This document shows positions 9,619-18,164 of a DNA stretch of 32,000 nucleotides, one piece after another. This DNA comes from Cylindrospermopsis raciborskii Cr2010 (GTDB taxonomy: Bacteria > Cyanobacteriota > Cyanobacteriia > Cyanobacteriales > Nostocaceae), in contig NZ_CP065936.1 of assembly GCF_003367075.2 (NCBI RefSeq), positions 780,001-812,000 of the forward strand. Reading direction: 5' to 3'. The notes beneath the pieces were generated by a model, which made no database searches, was not told where the DNA came from, and saw only the letters and a program-made list of their open reading frames with translations. The position numbers were made by a program, and so were the translations under genes. The first letter of the stretch is position 1, and every line of letters starts with the position of its first letter.

Positions 9619-10374
9619 GGCGTTGCATATTTGCGGGATGAATCAACTAAACGCGGGTATTACTTCATACTTTAAATAGTGAAGTAATAATTTAATTGAA
9701 TACCTAAGCATATCTACAGATTTTGAATAGCATAGCGTTTTTCTATGTAGTCGCGCTAAGTAGTGACGTAAACGTGTATTTTCACCCTCTACCCTAGTCA
9801 TATATGTTTTGCTCACAATATGATCCTCTGGCTGAATAAAACTCGGATAAACCCTCCACCCATCAGTAACATAAAAAAAGCATTGCCAGAGTTTAACGAT
9901 GTCCCACAAAGGTTGAAATGCTTGTGAGCTGTGGTCTCCCACAACCCAAGCCAGGATATTTTTACGGAAGTGATTTACTGCTGTCCACAACCATATTTTG
10001 TTTTTTTTTGATCCCACAAAGGTCTCCAACTCATCAAGCTCACCTACCAAGGGTGTTTCCTCAACTGGTGGAGCATCTGGAAGTATGGAACCAATTTGTT
10101 TTAGCCAGTAAATAATAGTTGTATGATGAACGCCTTTATCGCGTTCAATTGCTCTAAATCCCATACCGTTAACATAAGAGCGCAGGCAACTTTGTTTAAC
10201 TTCTTCTGAATAGCCTTTAGGTGGACTATAGACATCGATAAATTGACGACCACAATCAACACAAATGTGATTTTGTTTACCTCGACGTTTGCCATTCTTT
10301 CTGATTTTGGAAGACCCGCAGTTTGGACAATGCACAGTAGATTACCTCAATTCATACCTCTATTATGCAACGCC
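9619..10374. mobile_element. IS1-family insertion sequence (756 bp)
   Basis: Imperfect terminal inverted repeats: left GGCGTTGCATATTTGCGGGATGAAT; right end reverse complement GGCGTTGCATAATAGAGGTATGAAT. They enclose the transposase ORF. Confidence 0.8.
9643..10335 (-). CDS. IS1-family transposase
   Basis: MHCPNCGSSKIRKNGKRRGKQNHICVDCGRQF zinc-finger start; GFRAIERDKGVHHTTIIYWLKQ HTH; ELDELETFVGSKKNK; C-terminal VEGENTRLRHYLARLHRKTLCYSKS. Confidence 0.93.
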   Translation of the reverse strand: MHCPNCGSSKIRKNGKRRGKQNHICVDCGRQFIDVYSPPKGYSEEVKQSCLRSYVNGMGFRAIERDKGVHHTTIIYWLKQIGSILPDAPPVEETPLVGELDELETFVGSKKNKIWLWTAVNHFRKNILAWVVGDHSSQAFQPLWDIVKLWQCFFYVTDGWRVYPSFIQPEDHIVSKTYMTRVEGENTRLRHYLARLHRKTLCYSKSVDMLRYSIKLLLHYLKYEVIPAFS

Positions 10375-10582
10375 GAATATTGAAGATCCGCATCACGGTT
10401 AAATATCAAGGCGAATAAATTCGCCGTTGGCACTTCCTGTCTAAAGCCAAGTGGCTTCCGTGCCTTTCGGCGATTTTCTTGTGAGAAGCTAAGTGGAAAA
10501 ATATCTATCTTTTGATAGATGCTAAGTGGCTTTCCGCTTGTTTACAGTGTCTGTGTTGTATAAAAGGGGGTATTGGGTTAGC

Positions 10583-12814
10583 ATGAAGGATCTGATTATA
10601 GTTAGTGGGCTTAGTGCGGGTGTGGGTATTGGTGTTATCTTGACGGGTATAGCTAACGGACAAGCTAGTATAGGAGTATTAAGTAGCACTGCTGGTGCTA
10701 TTATGGGAGCTTCTGTAGTTCGCAAGTTGGAAGATGATAGAAATCGGGTCACATTAGTTAAGCTTGAGGAACTAAAAAATCGGGAACTGACAAGACAAGA
10801 ATCAACAAACCTAATCCAACAAATAGAAACTCTTAGGCCAACTGTAAAGCAGTTACAACAAGACCGAGAAAGGGAAGAAGAAAATCTAGTAGTCCTGAGA
10901 GGGAAATTAGGTAATCAGCAAGCTGAGTTAGAATTCATTAGAAGAGAATGGGAGCAAAATCAGTCTAGATTGGAAGATATTACCCAAACAGTTGCCAATC
11001 TGACAGCACAAAAACAGGAATTGGAAAATCGCATCAGTGTGATTAATCAAGAGAATCCTCGTTTATTGGAATTGGAAGAACTCAGACGAGCAATTGAACA
11101 ATCTAGAATTGAGAAAAGTGCTTTAGAAGGAAAAATCAGTGGGCTCACCTCTCAACTGGAATCCTTAGATTCCCGCAGACAAGAAACTGTTTCTATTGAA
11201 TTGGAATTACGGGCTAAAGAAATTGATTTAGAGAAGTTGACCACACAAGTTGAAAATCTGAAAAATCAGTCTCAGGAACTAGAACAACGTGCAGCTGATT
11301 TAGAATTGTTGCGTTTTACCTATGATAATATTATTAAACAAAACCAAGATTATGAGGTAAAAGTTAATCAGTTAAGACCAGAAATACAAAGATTAGAATT
11401 AGAAAAACAACAAATTTTACATTCAATCCAAGAAAATCAAAACGAATACCAAAAAGTCCAAGAATTAAGAGAAAAATTACATAGTTTAAGACTGAGTATT
11501 GCAGACGAAAGCTCAAGGTTAAGAGAGGTAGAAACAGAAACACAGACTTGGCAGGGTAAGAAAGCAGCTTTAGAAGAGAGCAATGGTCATTTACAAGAAC
11601 AAAAACAGGAACTTGAAAGAACAATTAGTAGATACAAACATGAAATTGTAGAAATAGAAAATAGTGCGGAATTAGCCTTACAGCCTTTGAAAGAAAAGCT
11701 TTGGAATAATCTACCACAAATAATTAAACCAAGAAAGCAAGAATCAGAATTTATAGCTGATTTTATTACTAGAATTAGGTCCCAAGGATTAACTTTTTCA
11801 ACTAGAACAGTTAATGCTTTCCACACATCTTTAAAAGTACAAGACATTTCTGCCTTAGTAATTTTAGCAGGGATTAGTGGGACGGGTAAAAGTGAACTAC
11901 CGCAAAGATATGCCAATTATCTTGGTGCCCAATTACTAACATTAGCTGTACAACCACGATGGGATTCTCCCCAGGATTTGCAGGGTTTTTATAACTATGT
12001 AGAAAAGAAATTTAAACCAACTGACTTAATGAGAGGACTATATCAATATGGACAGCCAGACATGCAGGATAGAATAGTCATTGTGTTACTGGATGAAATG
12101 AATTTAGCCAGAGTAGAATATTACTTTAGTGAGTTTTTATCTAAATTGGAAAGTCGCCGTAATCATGCGACTTACTTGGAACTTGATGTGGGTAGTTTAC
12201 GAATTCGTGAAAATGAACGTCGTTTACAAATTCCCAACTCCTTTTTATTTGTGGGAACGATGAATGAAGATGAAACTACGCAGACCCTATCTGACAAAGT
12301 GCTAGATAGAGCTAATGTCTTAACCTTTGGTAGACCCCAAAATTTAAAATTGCGTCAGGAGAATCAAGGAGCAGCAGTTCAACATCACGATTCCAGTTAT
12401 CTACCCTATTCTCATTTTCAATCGTGGGTGAAATTGCCCAATCCCAATTCTGAAATAGTTAGGAGCGTCAAATATTTCCTGAACCAAGCTAATGAGGTAA
12501 TGGAAAAAATGGGACACCCTTTTGCCCATCGTGTTTACCAAGCTATTACTCAATATGTGGTTAACTATCCACAAGTGGAGAGTATTGAATCCCCAGCTTT
12601 TAAATTTGCCCTCGCTGATCAATTTGGACAGAAACTGTTGCCCAAATTACGAGGAGTCATGGTTGACGAAGCTCATGAGCAACTAGAAGAAATGGGCAGA
12701 ATTATTGATGATATCAATGATCAACCATTAATTACAGCCTTTGATAAAGCAAGAAAGGGGCGTTACGGACAGTTTACTTGGCAGGGTTTAGTATATGAAG
12801 ATGAAGAGGTATAA
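10583..12814 (+). CDS. McrB-like AAA+ GTPase with N-terminal membrane segments and long coiled coil (CoCoNuT CnuB-like)
   Basis: ATG at 10583 (MKDLIIVSGLSAGVGIGVILTG...; ORF track start 10526). Two hydrophobic Gly-rich segments, about 350 aa heptad-rich coiled coil, Walker A GISGTGKSELPQRYA (11871 on), Walker B/signature IVLLDEMNLARVEYYFSEFLSKLE, sensor GTMNEDETTQTLSDKVLDRANVLTF. Confidence 0.88.
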   Translation: MKDLIIVSGLSAGVGIGVILTGIANGQASIGVLSSTAGAIMGASVVRKLEDDRNRVTLVKLEELKNRELTRQESTNLIQQIETLRPTVKQLQQDREREEENLVVLRGKLGNQQAELEFIRREWEQNQSRLEDITQTVANLTAQKQELENRISVINQENPRLLELEELRRAIEQSRIEKSALEGKISGLTSQLESLDSRRQETVSIELELRAKEIDLEKLTTQVENLKNQSQELEQRAADLELLRFTYDNIIKQNQDYEVKVNQLRPEIQRLELEKQQILHSIQENQNEYQKVQELREKLHSLRLSIADESSRLREVETETQTWQGKKAALEESNGHLQEQKQELERTISRYKHEIVEIENSAELALQPLKEKLWNNLPQIIKPRKQESEFIADFITRIRSQGLTFSTRTVNAFHTSLKVQDISALVILAGISGTGKSELPQRYANYLGAQLLTLAVQPRWDSPQDLQGFYNYVEKKFKPTDLMRGLYQYGQPDMQDRIVIVLLDEMNLARVEYYFSEFLSKLESRRNHATYLELDVGSLRIRENERRLQIPNSFLFVGTMNEDETTQTLSDKVLDRANVLTFGRPQNLKLRQENQGAAVQHHDSSYLPYSHFQSWVKLPNPNSEIVRSVKYFLNQANEVMEKMGHPFAHRVYQAITQYVVNYPQVESIESPAFKFALADQFGQKLLPKLRGVMVDEAHEQLEEMGRIIDDINDQPLITAFDKARKGRYGQFTWQGLVYEDEEV

Positions 12815-14412
12815 TGAAAATATATTCCAATTTATTTGCCTATCTGAATCAGTCTGAACCGATTTCAAATTCGACTGAATTGAGTGCCAGCGATCGTCCA
12901 ATTATTGTTTTGGAACCACATGAAGATTTATCTTTATCGTCTTGGTTTATCACTATCGTTCCGGGAGTTTATCAAATCGGTTTTCCCTATTTACAACCAG
13001 CTAATTTATCCTATTCTGATGAACATAATTGGCAGGATTTAAGGTCTGTATTGAATTTAGAAGTTTCTAAAAAATCTTATAAGTTACCTATCATGGGTCA
13101 AGTTATGGATCTAGAAACTATCAAAGAGGAAGCAGAAATCGAAGAATGGGAAAATAGATTAGGAAATCGTTTGGATAAAACAGTATCCGAATTAATCCGA
13201 TTATTTATTGGCATGTTTACAGACATATTTAGTGGAGAGAATACCGTAAGATTTAATATGGAATCTCATATTTTGCTCAGTCGAGTACCACAAAAGTTAC
13301 AGTCTGTGAACCTTAAAGATGCCAATTTACCAATTGTAATCAGCTTAGATAAAAAATATCAATTGCGCCGAAAGTTAGAATTAATTGGTGACAAGCTACG
13401 TCATCAACTCAGAAGACAAGCAGAATCAATGCCAGTAGGAAAAATTCAAGAAATGGATAGTTATTGTTTACGAGATTATATTCGTAGACCTGGATTAACT
13501 GCTGTAGAAAAAGCTGGTTCAAAACAAGAACTAATGGGGATTCAAAGATATCAAGATTTTAACACTCCTGAAAATAAATTTCTGGTTTATTTTACTCGAT
13601 ATTTACACTTGAGTTGTTTTCAATATGAAAGAAGTGGAGCAGTTCAGTTTAGGGGAGAAGTTAGAAAAATTAGATTAGTAATTGATTTGTTTCAAAGTCA
13701 GCCAATAGTTAATACCATTCAAAATAAAAACTATCAGTTCACAAAACCAAATTATGTGCTACAGCAAAATGCTACATATAAGAGTTTTTATCAGGCATAT
13801 TTAGAATATGTACGCAAGAGGTATGAAAAAGAGAAGTTATGGAGTTTTAGAAATTCCTTATTGGCGGATGTGGTTTATATTTACTTCACAGCGGCGTTAC
13901 TCAAATTTAATCATGTAAATATAAATGCTGGTTCGCTGGTTAAATCTAACTTAATTGCTGATCAAGGATGTTATTTAACTAGAAATCAAAATGTTACAGT
14001 TAGAGTATTTTTACAGAACCAAGTTTATGTATTTGGCTTGCAGAAACCAGCTGAAATTTCTAGAGGTGATTGGGTGTTAACCTTACAAATTCATCAGTTA
14101 GATTCTAGGGAACTAAATTCCACAAAGTTAGAATTTCCCATTTGGGTATTTTGGTATGTTCCCAGTCAGGATATAATTAGTGAAATGCAAAAAAGGAGTA
14201 GAAGTTTTGATTCATTTTCACAGGCAATTGTATTATATTTACAAGAAAATCCATCAACTTATAATTCGAGTTATGGAGAAAATCATAATCTACAAATTTT
14301 ATCTCCAAATATCAGGTTAATGAAGTTACCAGAAAATTTGACGGAGCAGGGATTTGATCCAACCGTTGAAATAATTAACAGAATGATTACCAATTTGCTT
14401 AAAGGCAATTAA
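12814..14412 (+). CDS. DUF2357 / McrC-like partner protein
   Basis: Start overlaps upstream stop (TAATG). DUF2357-like core: FNTPENKFLVYFTRYLHLSCF, FTKPNYVLQQNATYKSFYQAYLEYVRK, NSLLADVVYIYFTAALLK. No evident PD-(D/E)XK nuclease motif. Confidence 0.75.
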   Translation: MKIYSNLFAYLNQSEPISNSTELSASDRPIIVLEPHEDLSLSSWFITIVPGVYQIGFPYLQPANLSYSDEHNWQDLRSVLNLEVSKKSYKLPIMGQVMDLETIKEEAEIEEWENRLGNRLDKTVSELIRLFIGMFTDIFSGENTVRFNMESHILLSRVPQKLQSVNLKDANLPIVISLDKKYQLRRKLELIGDKLRHQLRRQAESMPVGKIQEMDSYCLRDYIRRPGLTAVEKAGSKQELMGIQRYQDFNTPENKFLVYFTRYLHLSCFQYERSGAVQFRGEVRKIRLVIDLFQSQPIVNTIQNKNYQFTKPNYVLQQNATYKSFYQAYLEYVRKRYEKEKLWSFRNSLLADVVYIYFTAALLKFNHVNINAGSLVKSNLIADQGCYLTRNQNVTVRVFLQNQVYVFGLQKPAEISRGDWVLTLQIHQLDSRELNSTKLEFPIWVFWYVPSQDIISEMQKRSRSFDSFSQAIVLYLQENPSTYNSSYGENHNLQILSPNIRLMKLPENLTEQGFDPTVEIINRMITNLLKGN

Positions 14413-14418
14413 CATAAT

Positions 14419-16149
14419 ATGACTTATAATGAGAATTACAACATGGACTTTAGTATGAACTTTAATGAACCTAATGAAACGGAAGAAAATAAAACTGAGG
14501 AACTTGATAGAGGCGGATTTAAAAGACAATTAAAAAAATTAATATATACAGCAGCTGAAATTTCACCTGTTAGCCAAGCACAATGGGAAAAACTATTAGA
14601 GATTTACAATTTTGCCTCATTATCCATAGAATTAATCATACAAACGATCTGTAGGAACAACGCATTTTACTCTCAGGAGCGATTATCCTTAAATTTTCCT
14701 TCCATTAGTCCTAGGATTCCCCTGAGTGCAAATCAACAAATAGCATTGGAAATGGCACTTTCAAATAGTCCTATTACTGTGATTTCTGGAACAGGAGCAA
14801 CAGGAAAAACCTCCATTGCTAAGAATCTTGCTCAAGTGGCTATTGATTCTTCTCATAAGGTGTTGATTTTAGCTCATAATTTGGCATCTTTGTCACCCTA
14901 TTATAATCTAACAAATTATCCGCTGGTACTTTCCCAACAGGGAGATTATTATCAAAAGGTGATCAATCGCTTACGTTATGATAATTTAGCTCAAGCTAAA
15001 ATGGATTATTTGCCATTACATTTGCTACCAGATGTAGAGTTATCAAAATTAAGAACACCAGCAAAATTAGAAAGATGGTTGCCAATTATTGAAAATAACA
15101 GCTATCAACAATTAGCAGATATACTAAAGTTAGAGTCAGAATTTCAAAACTTAACTCAAGCAAGACTACACTTATTAGCTTATCGGTTGAAACAACTATT
15201 GCCTTTTTTACAAGAGCAATTAAGATTAAACCAAATTTATAATCACCTCTCACAAGCAGGAATTGAAGAAATTGCCCGTCAACTTTTAGCCAATCCACAA
15301 ATCACTATTACTGGTACTGTTGCTGAGTTCATGCAGGTGGAAAATAGGCTTTTATGGGAAACTAGTTTTGATATAATCATCGTAGAAGAAGCAAATCGTC
15401 TTCATTGGATACAGCTATTATTTTTGGCAGGATTATGCAAAAAACTGGTTTTATTTGGTGAAGATATCCCTCCAAGATATGGACAACCTAAAAAATCCAT
15501 CCCATATCCTTATAACTGTTTGCAATTTAATTGCTTTCAATGGCTGCAAAGTCATTTATCACCGGCTTATGTTTATACATTAAAGGAACAGTTTAGGCTA
15601 CATTCAGCTATGGCTAAAATTGTCTACCCTTCTATTTGTAATCATTGGGTATATAGTCAATCACATTATATTGATAATAGCCTATCTGGAGTCAACCTAT
15701 CGCAAATTAATAGAAGAGTTGTTTGGCAAGATGTATCTGACACAATGGTAGGGGATAAACCCATAGCAGAAAATATGATTAGATTTTTAGAGAAATTAAT
15801 CAGAAATCACGATGGACAAGTTATGTCCGAAATAGGGATGATTACATTTTCTCCAACCCAGACAGATGCTATTAAGGAAATTTTACCTACAATCTCATCC
15901 ATATATCAGAATCAACTATTTGTTGGTACAGCAGGAGAATGGAGTGGAAAGGAAAGGAAAATCATTATGGTTAATTGTTCAGGTAATCCTAAGGATATTT
16001 CAGTAGAGGATATTAATATAGCCCTAACAAGAGCAAAAGATTATCTATTTTTATTTGGTGACTGTGATGTATGGCTAAGATATAATTCTCCCCTTAAAGC
16101 ATTATTGTATCATCCTGCTGTCTCTCAAGAACGTCAAGTTGTCATCTAA
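14419..16149 (+). CDS. SF1 (UPF1-like) helicase
   Basis: Motif I VISGTGATGKTSIAKNLAQ; motif II FDIIIVEEANRL; motif III KLVLFGEDIPPRYGQP; LKEQFRLHSAMAKIVYP; motif V/VI VGTAGEWSGKERKIIMVNCSGN...DINIALTRAKDYLFLFGD. Confidence 0.85.
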   Translation: MTYNENYNMDFSMNFNEPNETEENKTEELDRGGFKRQLKKLIYTAAEISPVSQAQWEKLLEIYNFASLSIELIIQTICRNNAFYSQERLSLNFPSISPRIPLSANQQIALEMALSNSPITVISGTGATGKTSIAKNLAQVAIDSSHKVLILAHNLASLSPYYNLTNYPLVLSQQGDYYQKVINRLRYDNLAQAKMDYLPLHLLPDVELSKLRTPAKLERWLPIIENNSYQQLADILKLESEFQNLTQARLHLLAYRLKQLLPFLQEQLRLNQIYNHLSQAGIEEIARQLLANPQITITGTVAEFMQVENRLLWETSFDIIIVEEANRLHWIQLLFLAGLCKKLVLFGEDIPPRYGQPKKSIPYPYNCLQFNCFQWLQSHLSPAYVYTLKEQFRLHSAMAKIVYPSICNHWVYSQSHYIDNSLSGVNLSQINRRVVWQDVSDTMVGDKPIAENMIRFLEKLIRNHDGQVMSEIGMITFSPTQTDAIKEILPTISSIYQNQLFVGTAGEWSGKERKIIMVNCSGNPKDISVEDINIALTRAKDYLFLFGDCDVWLRYNSPLKALLYHPAVSQERQVVI

Positions 16150-16163
16150 ATCAACCGTGAATT

Positions 16164-17972
16164 ATGAAAATACAAGTTAGATTATCGGGAAAATTTGAAA
16201 GATTGCTATTAAATGCAACACAAACTACATCCGTATCCTTGAATTATTTAATTCAAGAAGTACAAGCGATATCTACCAAATATCAGAGAAGAACACCTGA
16301 ATTGTTACGTCACTCTTTCGGATTAGATTTTATCCCAGAATCGGTTTTAATTAATTTGTGCAAACAAAGTCGTGGTGCTATGAGAGCAAGTGATATTTAC
16401 CAAGTACCAGCTCTGAAATTGCTCAAACATATAGACTCTCAATTAAATGATCGAGATATTCAGGAATATGCTTATAATTTTGTCTGCGAGGAAGGAAGCA
16501 TTAGTTTAACAGCAGAAGATACACAAATTCCTATTTTTTCTGGTGCTGTTTGTGAACAAATGGGAAATTACCTCCTGACCTTACAAGAATCTGATTACCC
16601 AGGGTTAAACTCAGATTTTATCCAACTACTATGGAATACATCTGAAGATTATTGGCACAATTTACCTGATTTGGAAAAAATTAATTATGCTTTGAAATCT
16701 CATGATTTAAATAATTTCTTTCTTAATTTTGACTGTCACCTATCTAATAATAATTTTCAACAAGTAAAAATTTGGATTTCCATAGAGGAATTACCCCTGA
16801 GATTAAGATCTGCTATTACATTCCTAGGATTTAGTAGTAAAATACAGGAAGATTATATATCAAACTTAACTACAGATGTTCAGTTACTAGTTGATCAATA
16901 TGTGTCAACATACCAACATCAACCCATAGGGTTACCTGATGAAATACAACCAAATCCCTCACATGGGTCTCAAATTAGTTTTGTAATCGATAGTGGTAAA
17001 AATCGGAGAACTATCCACCAAATTATTGACCAAGCAAGTGAGTTTTTACTAGTTTCTAGTTATATTATTGAGGATGAGAACTTAACGGAATTAATTTGTC
17101 ACAAGTCCGCAAAATTACCTGTTTATATATTAACAGATTTAAACAATGAACTTTTAGACCGCATTGATGAACAAATATCAGATTCTATGGTCATACCCGA
17201 ACAATATCAAATAACCGATGAACGTAAAAAATCTTGTTTGAGAATGGTGCTGAGTGAGAATATACCTATTCGCAGTGGTGCTTTTCATTTAAAAACCTAT
17301 ATTTCGGAAAAAGCTGCTTATCTGGGATCCTGTAATCTGACTCGTCGCAGTTTGGACTTTAATACAGAAGCTGGAATAGTGGTTAGTAATAATTCTCAGC
17401 ATGAACACCTAATTAGTTATTTCCAAAACTTTTGGTATAATCACAGTAAAAATGAGGTTATACCTGATGCTAATAGTGATGGGTTTAGGTTGCGCTCCGT
17501 TATTTATCCTCATCAAAGAAAATATAGAAAAAATCATGACAACTTTTTGACATCAGCACAATATCAGCAAGATTTGATAGAAAACCTGCGCAATTTTCCC
17601 CAAAATGAACAGATCAGAATTTATACTCGTAGTTTTCAACCATCTAGGGAAATAGCAGGTTATCTCGGTGCATTAAATACGAGGGTTTTTATTGATTCGA
17701 GTGCGTCTATGAGATATGAAAACTTCTATAGGAAGAGCTTTAATGTTCAGAATATTCGCAAGATTGATAATCTCCATGCTAAGATTACTATCTTAGGGGA
17801 TAAAATAGCTTACATTGGGGGAATTAATTTTAATTTCAATATTGATTTTATTTTCCATAATAATCCTAACTTGAATCATTCAAATTTACATGATTTGATG
17901 TATAAAACTACCAATAAAATGGAAATTAACGAAATCATTGATAGACTAGAAAATCTAAATTTAAAAATCTAA
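16164..17972 (+). CDS. Phospholipase D-superfamily nuclease-like protein with two HxK motifs
   Basis: Motif 1 HLKTYISEKAAYLGSCNLT (CAT at 17286); motif 2 HAKITILGDKIAYIGGINFNF (CAT at 17775), matching the HxKx4D..GSxN scheme with substitutions. Confidence 0.82.
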   Translation: MKIQVRLSGKFERLLLNATQTTSVSLNYLIQEVQAISTKYQRRTPELLRHSFGLDFIPESVLINLCKQSRGAMRASDIYQVPALKLLKHIDSQLNDRDIQEYAYNFVCEEGSISLTAEDTQIPIFSGAVCEQMGNYLLTLQESDYPGLNSDFIQLLWNTSEDYWHNLPDLEKINYALKSHDLNNFFLNFDCHLSNNNFQQVKIWISIEELPLRLRSAITFLGFSSKIQEDYISNLTTDVQLLVDQYVSTYQHQPIGLPDEIQPNPSHGSQISFVIDSGKNRRTIHQIIDQASEFLLVSSYIIEDENLTELICHKSAKLPVYILTDLNNELLDRIDEQISDSMVIPEQYQITDERKKSCLRMVLSENIPIRSGAFHLKTYISEKAAYLGSCNLTRRSLDFNTEAGIVVSNNSQHEHLISYFQNFWYNHSKNEVIPDANSDGFRLRSVIYPHQRKYRKNHDNFLTSAQYQQDLIENLRNFPQNEQIRIYTRSFQPSREIAGYLGALNTRVFIDSSASMRYENFYRKSFNVQNIRKIDNLHAKITILGDKIAYIGGINFNFNIDFIFHNNPNLNHSNLHDLMYKTTNKMEINEIIDRLENLNLKI

Positions 17973-17998
17973 ATTTATTAAAGTAATTTAGAGAGTAA

Positions 17999-18104
17999 GT
18001 GGGTGGATGGAATTAAATATGAGAGGAACGTAGGTTGGGTTGAAGTATGAAACCCAACGCCCGCATGGGTTTAACCCATCCTACAAATAATTATGCCTCC
18101 CCAC
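17999..18104. repeat. Small palindromic repeat, copy B, interrupted by a double-hairpin repeat
   Basis: GTGGGTGGATGGAATTAAATATGA...(insert)...AATTATGCCTCCCCAC; outer halves match copy A at 8921-8959. Confidence 0.7.
18031..18093 (+). repeat. Double-hairpin dispersed repeat, copy 1
   Basis: TAGGTTGGGTTGAAGTATGAAACCCAACGCCCGCATGGGTTTAACCCATCCTACAAATAATT; stems GTTGGGTT/AACCCAAC and ATGGGTT/AACCCAT. Confidence 0.88.
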
Positions 18105-18164
18105 ATAATTTAGACCAGGTTCAAAAAAACACAAAAATTTAAAATCAGTAAGGAACAGGAAAAT

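Noticed and set aside
9918-10295. Other-frame ORFs within the IS1 element
   Set aside because: Overlap the full-length transposase frame; no need for a frameshift-produced protein.
10522-10752. Minus-strand ORF 10522..10752 as a possible divergent antitoxin/regulator
   Set aside because: Mostly antisense to the start of the McrB-like gene; no HTH or other motif.
11364-12622. Minus-strand ORFs inside the coiled-coil/GTPase gene
   Set aside because: Phe/Leu-rich translations are the expected antisense of a Glu/Lys/Gln-rich coiled coil, not real membrane proteins.
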